A stretch of DNA of 64,000 nt from assembly GCA_965219995.1 (NCBI GenBank), contig CBDCOX010000002.1, positions 4,320,001 to 4,384,000 of the forward strand, given 5' to 3'. The stretch's first letter is position 1; every line of letters begins with the position of its first letter. The position numbers and the translations under genes were made by a program. Below are positions 29,653 to 38,623 of the stretch, one piece after another. This DNA is from Candidatus Latescibacterota bacterium (GTDB lineage: Bacteria > Latescibacterota > UBA2968 > GCA-2709665). The notes beneath the pieces were generated by a model. The model saw only the letters and a program-made list of their open reading frames with translations, did not search any database and was not told where the DNA came from.

Positions 29653-29790
29653 TTCATCTAACGTCTACCCTCTACCGTCTCTTTCTCACCGGTTTTATCG
29701 CCCTGTGCGGTTTCATTTCTCGCCGGAGGCATAAAGGAAGACTCAATCGGGCAAGGACGTCATCTCCCGTCTACCGTCTCCCTTCTCACT
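29653..29790. repeat. ~135-bp direct repeat, copy 2
   Basis: Aligns with 28128-28265 (offset 1525 bp). Confidence 0.85.
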
Positions 29791-29816
29791 ACTTTCAGGT
29801 TTTTCATACTTGCCGT

Positions 29817-30851
29817 TCACCCCTGTTGCAGCGGCGCCGGCGTCTCCATCCGCTCGAGAGCTCTGCCATCCTCCTCTTGCCCACCGAACTGCATCGTGCG
29901 CGATCCGAGCAGGAGCAGGAGCAGGCCGAGCAGCATCCAGAAGATCTTCCGGATCCGCCGGATAATGCCCACGGCCAGTCCGGTCCCCGGCTCCAGTCCC
30001 ATGACATGAAACAGGAACACGTGCGCGCCTTCAAACACCCCCATACCGTAGGGAACGAATCCGAAGATCACGTTGATCACCATCATCAGTGCGTGGAACA
30101 GATAGACCGAAACGAACGGCAGCGGCTCACCCAGCACGTGCAGAATCAAATATATCTCCAGGGTGCCCAGGCACCACGTCACCAGGTGCATTCCCAGCAG
30201 GCCGGCCAGCCGCCACCCGTTCAGGCGGTAGAACGCGGCCAGATTCCGGTCGATCTCAGCGGCCCGGTCGCGGTACCGTTCCAGGAACCCGATCTTCAGC
30301 CGAATCAGCAGGTCCAAAAGCCCGGTAAACGGATTGCGGCGCTGCCTGATCACCGTCAGAACGGTGCCAACGACGGCGATGGCCAATGCGCCGAAGAGGG
30401 TCCACCGGATCTCATCGGGAAACACGAACCGATTGAGGCCCGCCAGAACGCCGACCAGAACGAAAATGAGGCCGCTGATCATTTCGCCCGTTTTCGTGAG
30501 TACGAGCGACGACACGCCGGCGGTGACGCCCATGCGCTGCCGAAGCATCATCACTTTGGCGAATTCCTTGCCGATCTGGGACGCCGGCATGACGTTGCCG
30601 AGCGCCTCGCCAACCAGTTTCACCCAGAGCAATGGCTTCAATGGGGGCTTTGCGGTCCCGTCGTCGAAACTTCCCCGCCATGCGCAGACATTATTCACGT
30701 AGGCGGCCAGGGTGATTCCGATAATGGGGACATATCCCCAACCCATCATCACCACGTGCCGCCACACCTCCGGTTCGCCAAGCTGATGGAGCAGCACGCC
30801 GAGGCAGGCGAGGCCCAGCAGCCAGAGCAGTACATATACTTCCCGTTTCAT
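29817..30851 (-). CDS. Lysylphosphatidylglycerol-synthase TM domain (flippase-like, UPF0104) membrane protein
   Basis: Multi-TM; NVMPASQIGKEFAK and FVPYGMGVFEG motifs; GAGGAG RBS. Confidence 0.8.
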   Translation of the reverse strand: MKREVYVLLWLLGLACLGVLLHQLGEPEVWRHVVMMGWGYVPIIGITLAAYVNNVCAWRGSFDDGTAKPPLKPLLWVKLVGEALGNVMPASQIGKEFAKVMMLRQRMGVTAGVSSLVLTKTGEMISGLIFVLVGVLAGLNRFVFPDEIRWTLFGALAIAVVGTVLTVIRQRRNPFTGLLDLLIRLKIGFLERYRDRAAEIDRNLAAFYRLNGWRLAGLLGMHLVTWCLGTLEIYLILHVLGEPLPFVSVYLFHALMMVINVIFGFVPYGMGVFEGAHVFLFHVMGLEPGTGLAVGIIRRIRKIFWMLLGLLLLLLGSRTMQFGGQEEDGRALERMETPAPLQQG

Positions 30852-30876
30852 CACGTTCTCCTCGAATACGAACCCG

Positions 30877-31524
30877 TTAGACGACAATCCTTTTGGCCGC
30901 GGTGATTACGGGAATTCCCCTTATTGCGCAGAGGGCGACGGTGAGGTAGGTCGCCCCGAGAGCGACCGTCTCCACCCCCGGTCCCAACCCGGACGCCAGG
31001 TCCGGCGACTGCAGCACCGCGTTCAGCATGAACAACGCCACGAACGCGATCACCTTCGAAATGCCATAGGTGGCCCGGCTCGCCCGGGAGGCGACCAGAC
31101 CCTTTCCGATTCGCGACCGCATCATCGTCTGATCTCCGAACGCCGTCTCTCCTCGCGAGAGCGCGCAACTCCGAATCGCGTCCGTCACGAATCCCCGGCT
31201 GAGGACGACCAGGGGAACCCAGAGGGGGATCAGATGCAGCCACGCGAACACCACCCACCACACGTTCTCCGCAATCCGATCCCCCACGATATCGAGCAAT
31301 CCGCCGACTTTGCTCTCGCATCCCAGTCGTCGCGCGGCGTACCCGTCCAGCCAGTCCATCAACAGCGCGGCGAACGCCAGGGGTACCGCAACCCAGGCCA
31401 GCACGGAGTCTCCGGTGACCGCAAAGGCCGACGCCAGAAAGAGGCAGACGACCCGGAAGGCGGTAATCAGGTTGGCGGTGTGACGCTGAAGGGTGGCTGC
31501 GAACGTCAATGTGTGTGCAGTCAT
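30877..31524 (-). CDS. CDP-alcohol phosphatidyltransferase family protein
   Basis: ANLITAFR and signature DWLDGYAARRLGCESKVGGLLDIVGDR; start after AAGGAGG. Confidence 0.9.
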   Translation of the reverse strand: MTAHTLTFAATLQRHTANLITAFRVVCLFLASAFAVTGDSVLAWVAVPLAFAALLMDWLDGYAARRLGCESKVGGLLDIVGDRIAENVWWVVFAWLHLIPLWVPLVVLSRGFVTDAIRSCALSRGETAFGDQTMMRSRIGKGLVASRASRATYGISKVIAFVALFMLNAVLQSPDLASGLGPGVETVALGATYLTVALCAIRGIPVITAAKRIVV

Positions 31525-31553
31525 CACTTCCTCCTTTCTTGCAGGACACATTG

Positions 31554-31569
31554 CGCAAACCCCGTGCCA
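31554..31569 (-). promoter_or_regulatory. sigma54 promoter
   Basis: Minus strand TGGCACGGGGTTTGCG, 30 nt before ATG 31524. Confidence 0.8.
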
Positions 31570-31632
31570 TAACCGATTTCGCCCTTTATCAGGCGGATTC
31601 GACGGCAATTCGCGCGGAAGACGCGTGAGAGA

Positions 31633-31670
31633 TGCCATAGGAAACTTGCACCTGCAAGCCCGGGTTTGCA
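31633..31670. promoter_or_regulatory. Putative tandem enhancer sites TGCM-N10-TGCA
   Basis: TGCC-ATAGGAAACT-TGCA and TGCA-AGCCCGGGTT-TGCA, 20 bp apart, upstream of the -24 box. Confidence 0.5.
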
Positions 31671-31691
31671 GGAAACGGGCGCGGAGGCAAC

Positions 31692-31722
31692 AAAAAACCG
31701 GAGACACGATGCGTGTCTCCGG
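31692..31722 (-). terminator. Intrinsic terminator after the response regulator
   Basis: CCGGAGACACG-N3-CGTGTCTCCGG followed by T6 on the minus strand. Confidence 0.8.
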
Positions 31723-31813
31723 ACTCGAAGGGGGAAGGGGTCCCCGCCGGCGTCACCTGATACGGCTCTGGCCTTTCGCTTTTGGTTGACCGCTGAAGGC
31801 GGATTGCTGACAG

Positions 31814-33211
31814 CTATCTGTATTTCTCCGGATCGATCCCGAGTTCCCTGACTTTCTGCTGCAGCGCCTGCCGTTTCATTCCAATGGCGGGGGCCGTGCG
31901 GCTCATATTGCCCTTGTGGGTTTCCAGCGCCGATCGAATGAAGGCGGCTTCGAAAGCCTGAACGGCCTCCTGTTTTGCATCCTGAAACGACACGCCCTCC
32001 CGCCAGGCAGACCCTCCGGAGTCGATGGATTCCGTACCGCTCGAACGGACTTCCTCCGGGAGCAGGTCCCTGCTCAGGACCGCGTCCTCGGCGAATATGA
32101 CGGCACGCTCAACGGCGTGCATCAGTTCGCGAATATTGCCCGGCCATGCGTATCCCGCCAGGAGTTTCGTCACATCGGCCGGCACTTCCGAAACGGCCTT
32201 TCCGTGCCTTCGATTGAACCGATCCAGATAATACTGGACGAGCACGGGAATATCCTCGCGGCGGTCGCGAAGCGGCGGCAGGAAGACATCCACCACTTTC
32301 AACCGGTAAAAAAGGTCCTCCCGGAACCGCCCGTGCGCAATTTCACTCGGAAGGTCCCTGTTCGTGGCGCTGATCATCCGAACGTCCACCGAAACCGTCT
32401 CCGAGCCGCCCAGCCGCTCGAACTGTTGCTCCTGGAGTACGCGCAGCAGTTTCGCCTGTGTGTCGGCGTGCATGTCTCCGATCTCGTCCAGAAACAGCGT
32501 TCCGCTGTCCGCAAGTTCGAATTTGCCCTGCCGCCGTGACGCGGCTCCCGTAAAGGCCCCCTTCTCATGACCGAACAGCTCGCTTTCGATCAACTCGTTG
32601 GGAAGCGCTGCGGCGTTTACCGCGACGAAAGGGTGTTCTTTTCGCACGCTCTGCTCGTGAATCGCCCGCGCCACGAGCTCCTTGCCGGTTCCACTCTCAC
32701 CGTGAACCAGCACGCCTGCGTCGGTTCCGGCCACCTTGCCAATCATGTCGCAGACCCGCTCCATGGCCCGGCTACGGCCGATCAGCAACCCGAACCCGGA
32801 CTGACGGCGAATCTCGTTGCGCAACGTTTCGTTCTCCCTTCGCAGGCGAACCGTCTCCAGCGCATTCTGGACCAGGCAGCGAAGTTCGTCCACGTCGTAC
32901 GGCTTGCTCACGTAGTCGTATGCTCCCGCCTTCATCGCTTCAACCGCAATCCGTTCCGACCCGTAAGCAGTCATCATGATGACCGGAGGCGCGTCTCCAT
33001 GTTCGACCAGCCTCTTCACCAGCGTCAAGCCGTCCATCTTCGGCATCTGGATGTCACAGATCAGCAGATCGGGACCGCTGCGTGCGATTTCTTCCAGCGC
33101 CGCTGCTCCGTCGGCCGCTTCCACAACTTCGCAGGACAGCGCCGCCAGGGCCCGCTTCAGTCCGTGCCGCGCGGCCGGATCGTCGTCTACAATCAGAATC
33201 TTATGCCGCAT
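31814..33211 (-). CDS. NtrC/AtoC-family sigma54 response regulator
   Basis: [37 protein letters not shown]; start MRHKIL overlaps the kinase stop. Confidence 0.93.
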   Translation of the reverse strand: MRHKILIVDDDPAARHGLKRALAALSCEVVEAADGAAALEEIARSGPDLLICDIQMPKMDGLTLVKRLVEHGDAPPVIMMTAYGSERIAVEAMKAGAYDYVSKPYDVDELRCLVQNALETVRLRRENETLRNEIRRQSGFGLLIGRSRAMERVCDMIGKVAGTDAGVLVHGESGTGKELVARAIHEQSVRKEHPFVAVNAAALPNELIESELFGHEKGAFTGAASRRQGKFELADSGTLFLDEIGDMHADTQAKLLRVLQEQQFERLGGSETVSVDVRMISATNRDLPSEIAHGRFREDLFYRLKVVDVFLPPLRDRREDIPVLVQYYLDRFNRRHGKAVSEVPADVTKLLAGYAWPGNIRELMHAVERAVIFAEDAVLSRDLLPEEVRSSGTESIDSGGSAWREGVSFQDAKQEAVQAFEAAFIRSALETHKGNMSRTAPAIGMKRQALQQKVRELGIDPEKYR

Positions 33212-35324
33212 CGTCCGCTCCAGGAAGTTGAACCTCGAACACCGCACCCTCGCGATCCCCGTTCTCAACCCCGATCATCCCGCCCATGCGCTCCACGTCC
33301 CGCTTTACAATGGCAAGCCCCAGGCCAGTCCCCGAAGCCTTCGTGGTAAAGAACGGTTCGAAGACATGTGAGAGCGCTTCTTCCGATATCCCCGGCCCGG
33401 TATCCGACACCCGCACGGCGACCCGCCCGTTTGAACGTCCGGCCCGCACCGTCAATCGCAGGTCCGCATTTCCTTCCGCTTCGTCCATCGCCTGGATGCC
33501 GTTCAGGATCAGATTGAAAAACACCTCTTTCAGATCTTCCGGATCACCCGTAACGACAAGGCCCTCGGCAACCTCGGCCCTGATTTCGACCCGCCGCCGT
33601 TCCGCCTCATGGGACAGGATCACCACCACGTCTTCGAGCACGGCCTTGATGTCAACCGGTTGAAAGGCATCGTCCTGTTTCGGCTGCGCGAATCTGAGCA
33701 GCCGGTCCACCACCCGGCCCAAACGGTCGATTTCGTTCAATACAACCGTCAGGTCGCCGGACTTGGCGTGGTCGTTCGCCAGGTCTTCCCGCAACACGGT
33801 GGTGATCGCCTTGATCGAGCTCAATGGATTCTTCACCTCGTGCGCGATGCCGGCCGAGAGCAGGCCCAGCGCCGATAACCGCTCGGCCTCGTACATGCGT
33901 CGTTCCAGTTGCAGCCGGCGTTCCACCAGACGCGTATTTTCGACGGCCAGCGCAATCTGATTGCAAAGCGTACCGAGCAGTTCCCATTCCTCCGATGAAA
34001 AGGGCACACTTCGTTTTTTCTCTCCCAGGCACAGAAACCCGGTTAGCCTTTCCTCCTGCATCACCGGTATACACAACCGGACGCCGTGTTCGGCGAGAAC
34101 AGCGGCGAGAGCCGGTCGATGCAATTCACCCACGTCCAGCGCCCGCCGGTGGGTCGACATCCAATCCGCCACCAGCCGGACTTGCTCCTGTTTCCCGTCG
34201 CTTCGACTGAACGGCGGAGCGGGCGGATCGAACCCGGCCAATCCGCTGCCCGAGATCACCCGTACGTCGCCGGCGCGGTCGTCCTCGTCGTCGAACAGCA
34301 CCAGCGAGACAAGGTGCACCTTCAGCACCGTCCCCACGGCGTCCACAACCGCCTTCAACCGGCTTTCCAGCGCGTCCGGCACGTTCAACGTCTGGCTCAG
34401 CGTACCAAGCAGGTGCTGGTATTCGAAGCGTGCTTTAAAGAAGAGCCGGTTGATCGCTCCCTGCAGCCTGTTCTTGACCGGCTGAAACAGAAAGATCAAC
34501 AGGGAGATCAGTACCGCCTCAACGACTTCCACCCGGAACCCGCCGCCCAGGCGCCCAAGCTCTTCGGCGATGCGTCGGATCACAAGCAGGTAGACCGTGA
34601 GAACGATCCCCGTCAGCGCGGAATAAAGAAGCGCGGGATTCACCACGATCCGGAAAAAGCTGTATCGATAAATATAGTAACCGAGAATGTACGCCGGCGC
34701 GATCGGTGAGAGAAACAGCGCGAGGTCGAGGGCCGGTCCAACAACTGCCAGTCTGATTCCACCCATCGGATAGGCGGCGCCGGCCAGAACCGCGATGCCG
34801 GTCAGCGCCAGAGCCGTCAGGCGGTAGAACGACCGTTGCACCTCCGTTGCCAACTGCCCGGCGAACCCACGGCAAAGCCACGCGGAATACAACAGCGCGG
34901 GAATCGTGTACAGGCTGAAGCCCACGCGCTTCAGCGGTATGTCCCACAAACCGATCAGGAATACGGTCAGCCCGGGAACAACCGCGAGCGGAACCGGATT
35001 GTGTCGCAGCCAGCCGGCGATCCGCGTCCTTTGTTCGTCGGCGGAAATGAGCACCGTCGCCAGAAGCGCGGAGGGCAGGAAACACATTCCGAATCGCGCG
35101 GCCTGGGCCGCGTAGACTGTCGCGGGAGCGCCGGGCGACGCCTGTTCGATCAGAATCCGCAGCGCGTCTCCCGTATACCAGAGCGCCCCCCCAAGAATCA
35201 GCAGCAGCAACGGAAGCGGCGTGCCCCGTCGCTTAATGGCGGATACGAAAATGCCCCAGAGCAGCCCGGCGGCGATCGCGCCGCCGACCAGCCAGACTGT
35301 GTCATATAGCGAGAGATTCATCAT
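33201..35324 (-). CDS. Multi-TM GAF sensor histidine kinase
   Basis: Many N-terminal TM helices, GAF-like segment, AHEVKNPL, DTGPG, FFTTK, GTGLGL. Confidence 0.92.
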   Translation of the reverse strand: MMNLSLYDTVWLVGGAIAAGLLWGIFVSAIKRRGTPLPLLLLILGGALWYTGDALRILIEQASPGAPATVYAAQAARFGMCFLPSALLATVLISADEQRTRIAGWLRHNPVPLAVVPGLTVFLIGLWDIPLKRVGFSLYTIPALLYSAWLCRGFAGQLATEVQRSFYRLTALALTGIAVLAGAAYPMGGIRLAVVGPALDLALFLSPIAPAYILGYYIYRYSFFRIVVNPALLYSALTGIVLTVYLLVIRRIAEELGRLGGGFRVEVVEAVLISLLIFLFQPVKNRLQGAINRLFFKARFEYQHLLGTLSQTLNVPDALESRLKAVVDAVGTVLKVHLVSLVLFDDEDDRAGDVRVISGSGLAGFDPPAPPFSRSDGKQEQVRLVADWMSTHRRALDVGELHRPALAAVLAEHGVRLCIPVMQEERLTGFLCLGEKKRSVPFSSEEWELLGTLCNQIALAVENTRLVERRLQLERRMYEAERLSALGLLSAGIAHEVKNPLSSIKAITTVLREDLANDHAKSGDLTVVLNEIDRLGRVVDRLLRFAQPKQDDAFQPVDIKAVLEDVVVILSHEAERRRVEIRAEVAEGLVVTGDPEDLKEVFFNLILNGIQAMDEAEGNADLRLTVRAGRSNGRVAVRVSDTGPGISEEALSHVFEPFFTTKASGTGLGLAIVKRDVERMGGMIGVENGDREGAVFEVQLPGADDAA

Positions 35325-35454
35325 ATCGGATCTTCCGGCCTTCCGCTGATCTTCCAGTGTTCAAATTAGTGAAAATGGCAAGTAATTTCAATCCAATCCG
35401 CCGGCAGCCGAAGCGAGCGGTCCGTTGTGCAGGCATCCGCTGGAACCCGAAGCG

Positions 35455-36258
35455 TCAACTGCCCGTGGACCGATAGTGGCGCACGCCTAATTTCCAGACG
35501 CGGAGGGCAATGTACAGGAATGCCGGACCCGCCAACGGGGACAGGAATTGCATCCATTCGGTGGAGCCGAAGGGATCGGCCCGGTCCAGAATGACAAGGG
35601 CAGGGTAGTAGCTGACGCCGGCAAGCGGGACGAAGTACGTGAAGAAACGTCGGAACCATCCGGGATAGATCGACAGGGGGTACTGGGCAGTCTCGGTGCC
35701 GCCGTTGGTGAGAGCGTTGGCGATTTCCAGGCCTTCGGTGGTCCAGAAGGCGAGGGTGGCCTGCAGGATGAACAGGCCGATGAAGAGGCAGACGCCGCCA
35801 AGAACGGCCCCCGTCGCGAGGGCGATCTTGCTGGCAGACCAGGCGACTTCGAGCACGTATTGGGCCCAGATGAGCACGGCGAGTGCCTGAAGAAACCTGC
35901 CGATTCGCAAGAGGTGAAATTCCTGGCCCATCAGCTGCAGGACGGAACTTCGGGGGCGCAGGAGGATTCGGTCGAAATCTCCGCTCCTGACCCATGTGCC
36001 GAAGGTGTCGAACCCTCGTGCGACGCCCTCCGCAAGGGCGAAGGCGATATTGACCATGCCGTACAGCAATGCGACCTCGGGCAACTTCCAGCCCTGAATG
36101 CTTCCGAAGTGGCTGAACAGCACCCAGAGTGCTGCAAAGTCCAGACCGGTCATCAGAAAATATCCCGTAGACAACATTGCGAACGAGGCCCGGTACTGCA
36201 TCTGACCGCGAATCGAAATTGCGATATATCGGGCGTACAGTCGCAGGGCATTGCTCAT
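35455..36258 (-). CDS. ABC-2 family permease (DUF990-like)
   Basis: MQYRASF, GDFDRILLRP, YPLSIYP, Y.STGS C-terminus. Confidence 0.88.
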   Translation of the reverse strand: MSNALRLYARYIAISIRGQMQYRASFAMLSTGYFLMTGLDFAALWVLFSHFGSIQGWKLPEVALLYGMVNIAFALAEGVARGFDTFGTWVRSGDFDRILLRPRSSVLQLMGQEFHLLRIGRFLQALAVLIWAQYVLEVAWSASKIALATGAVLGGVCLFIGLFILQATLAFWTTEGLEIANALTNGGTETAQYPLSIYPGWFRRFFTYFVPLAGVSYYPALVILDRADPFGSTEWMQFLSPLAGPAFLYIALRVWKLGVRHYRSTGS

Positions 36259-36262
36259 TTGA

Positions 36263-37054
36263 CTACCCTCCCTGAATGACGAGCCTGCGGATTCCCCGGG
36301 CGAGCAGAAGGCGTCCCATGACGATCAGACCCAGGGTCCAGGCCAACTGGTGTGCGAAGAGCGGAAGGATTTCCTCGGGAGGGATGTGGCCGATGTAGAA
36401 GCGAAAAGGCACGTCCACGAGTCCCCGGAAAGGCAGGACGTCGAGGACGGTTCGGGCCCAGTCCGGGAAGAAGGGCAGGGGAACATACATGCCGGAAAAG
36501 ATCGCCACGGCTGCGACCATGAGCGTGGAAATTCCCTGCCCCGAGACCGTCCAGAGCATGGAGACGTTGAGCAGATTCGCGATCGCGGTGCCGAGGAGCA
36601 GCGCCCCGAGGGTTGTCATGGCCCACGCGCCGCCGGCAGCCCATGAGTGCGGAGGCTGAAGGCCGAAAAACAGTCCGGCGATAACGAACATCGGAACCGC
36701 CCGAAGCAGAGTCGGGGCGGTTCGCCGGGCGATATCCCGGCAGAACCAGAACGCGTACAGGTCCAGGGGCCTGGCAAGTTCGTAAGCCACCGTACCCGAC
36801 CGGATCATCGCGCGCATCTCCCGGTCGATGATCCAGGGAAGCATTCCCAGCATGGCCTGGCCCAACCAGATGTAGGTGATCACTTCAACGAGGCTCATCG
36901 GCTGGTGGGCCGTGGTGGAACGGTAAAACGCGGAGAAGAACATTGTGCGTATCAGGCCCCAGAATACCTGTGTGCCCAGTCCCGCCGCGGCCGCCATCCG
37001 GTATTGCAGCAGCATCCGGAAGCGCGCGCCGATCACGGCTGCGTAGGCCTTCAT
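36263..37054 (-). CDS. ABC-2 family permease
   Basis: LQYR, G.VAYELARP, FSG..VPL.FFP, LVIQGG C-terminus. Confidence 0.88.
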   Translation of the reverse strand: MKAYAAVIGARFRMLLQYRMAAAAGLGTQVFWGLIRTMFFSAFYRSTTAHQPMSLVEVITYIWLGQAMLGMLPWIIDREMRAMIRSGTVAYELARPLDLYAFWFCRDIARRTAPTLLRAVPMFVIAGLFFGLQPPHSWAAGGAWAMTTLGALLLGTAIANLLNVSMLWTVSGQGISTLMVAAVAIFSGMYVPLPFFPDWARTVLDVLPFRGLVDVPFRFYIGHIPPEEILPLFAHQLAWTLGLIVMGRLLLARGIRRLVIQGG

Positions 37055-38034
37055 AGTCTCTCCTTTTCGTACATCTTCGCGATGATTTCTTCGATGGGCG
37101 GGTTTTCGACGTAGAGGTCCCGCACCGGGTGTCCGGCCGTGATTCGGCCAATGAGGGATGCAGCTGACACCCGATCGGGATCGAAGCTGAATTGAACCCG
37201 ATACCCGTCGCGTTCCACGACCGCGGCTTCCGGAACGGAAACTTCCCGGGTTTCATCAACAAGGTACACGGTGAGGCGTCGCTCCCGGCTGACGCGGGTT
37301 CGCAGGTCCTTCAGCGTGCCGTCGGAGAGGATCCGTCCCTGACCGATCACCATGACCCGGGTGCACAGGGCTTCGATATCGTCCATGTCGTGCGTTGTGA
37401 GGATGACGGTAACGCCTCGCTCCCTGTTGAGTCGTTTGACGAAGTCACGGACCTTCAGCTTGGACACGGCGTCCAGTCCAATGGTGGGTTCGTCCAGGAA
37501 GAGGAGGGAGGGAGAATGGAGGAGCGCCGCGGCCAGATCGCAGCGCATTCTCTGGCCCAGGGAGAGTTGCCGCACCGGGGTGTCAAGGAGCCGGTCAAGG
37601 TCCAGCAGGCCGATGAGTTCATCGCGTCTTGCGATGTATTCCTTACCGGGAACTCTGTAGATGTCGCGGAGCAGATCGAAAGACTCGATGACGGGCAGAT
37701 CCCACCAGAGTTGCGTGCGTTGTCCGAAGACGACGCCGATGTTCCGAACGTGTGAAATGCGCTCCTTCCAGGGTACGCGACCGGCGATCTCGCATCGGCC
37801 CGAATCGGGAACGAGGATGCCGGAGAGGACCTTGACGGTGGTGGATTTGCCCGCGCCGTTGGGTCCGATGTAACCGACGAGCTCTCCGGGCCGGATGGTG
37901 AACGAGACGCCGTCCAGCGCGCTGACGGTTCGGTATCGGCGTTGAATCACGCCGATGAGCGCACCCCACGTGCCGGACTTGCGTTCAGCGATGCGAAAGG
38001 TTTTCGCAAGATCCTCGACGATTATCCGGGGCAT
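37051..38034 (-). CDS. ABC exporter ATP-binding protein
   Basis: GPNGAGKST, LSLGQ, LDEPTIGLD, TTH. Confidence 0.93.
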   Translation of the reverse strand: MPRIIVEDLAKTFRIAERKSGTWGALIGVIQRRYRTVSALDGVSFTIRPGELVGYIGPNGAGKSTTVKVLSGILVPDSGRCEIAGRVPWKERISHVRNIGVVFGQRTQLWWDLPVIESFDLLRDIYRVPGKEYIARRDELIGLLDLDRLLDTPVRQLSLGQRMRCDLAAALLHSPSLLFLDEPTIGLDAVSKLKVRDFVKRLNRERGVTVILTTHDMDDIEALCTRVMVIGQGRILSDGTLKDLRTRVSRERRLTVYLVDETREVSVPEAAVVERDGYRVQFSFDPDRVSAASLIGRITAGHPVRDLYVENPPIEEIIAKMYEKERL

Positions 38035-38082
38035 TTCGGATATCCTCCTCGTGTGACGGGCCGGTCCGCTTCAAAGACAAAC

Positions 38083-38118
38083 AAAAAGCCCGTTGTCGAG
38101 ATAACCTCGACAACGGGC
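38083..38118 (-). terminator. Intrinsic terminator in the 5' leader (attenuator)
   Basis: 13-bp perfect stem GCCCGTTGTCGAG/CTCGACAACGGGC plus T-tract, between the promoter and the ABC ATPase gene. Confidence 0.85.
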
Positions 38119-38162
38119 AGTAGCCGCCAACCGGGCCTGGCCTGCGAAAGGCCGCCTTATGT

Positions 38163-38216
38163 TTAGCCTCCAGGGCACTTCGGCTTTTCCCGGGAGGCGC
38201 GGATGAGAATTTTCAT
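38163..38216 (-). CDS. Putative leader peptide MKILIRASREKPKCPGG
   Basis: 17-codon uORF just upstream of the leader terminator, overlapping alternative hairpins; RBS is weak. Confidence 0.55.
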   Translation of the reverse strand: MKILIRASREKPKCPGG

Positions 38217-38292
38217 CTTTATTATTTTCAAAGGCTTATACGTTTTCCCCGCATATATGGAGTATTGTCAGGTATACTCGGATCCCGATTGA

Positions 38293-38321
38293 AATATAAC
38301 ATGGCGCCCATGCGAGGTCAA
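38293..38321 (-). promoter_or_regulatory. sigma70-type promoter of the ABC exporter operon
   Basis: TTGACC-N17-TATATT with extended -10 TG. Confidence 0.7.
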
Positions 38322-38480
38322 GAGAATTCAACCCCGAAATTTCGGAACGTTTATTCCCTCCCGGTCGTTCCTGTGACATAGGGAGGGGTCTGCGGACGCG
38401 GTTCGACCCTCGCGATTTTCGTCTCATGGGCACGGAGCCGCACAAGCGGAATTCCCTCTAACTACCGATAAGGAAAACAC

Positions 38481-38509
38481 TTGCGCGCGTAATTCGGGAC
38501 AATTATAAT
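38481..38509 (+). promoter_or_regulatory. sigma70-type promoter
   Basis: TTGCGC-N17-TATAAT. Confidence 0.6.
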
Positions 38510-38623
38510 GGGCCGAAATCAGATTGATGGACACCGCCGGATGCAGAACTGCGCCGTCGCCGCTTCGCGGTCACCGGTCCTGAAGAGAAAGTGAACGCCA
38601 GCGGAAGCCCGTCGTTAATTGGA

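Noticed and set aside
29496-30905. 469-aa plus-strand ORF and similar long antisense ORFs (19074..20750, 47578..48885)
   Set aside because: Opposite well-supported genes in high-GC DNA, with no recognisable domains.
31786-31816. Heptamer-like run (TTGACCG CTGAAGG CGGATTG CTGACAG)
   Set aside because: Too short and degenerate to call; at most a short tandem repeat remnant.
38083-38216. Guanidine-I, T-box or cobalamin riboswitch
   Set aside because: Signature motifs not found in the sense orientation; uORF attenuation fits better.
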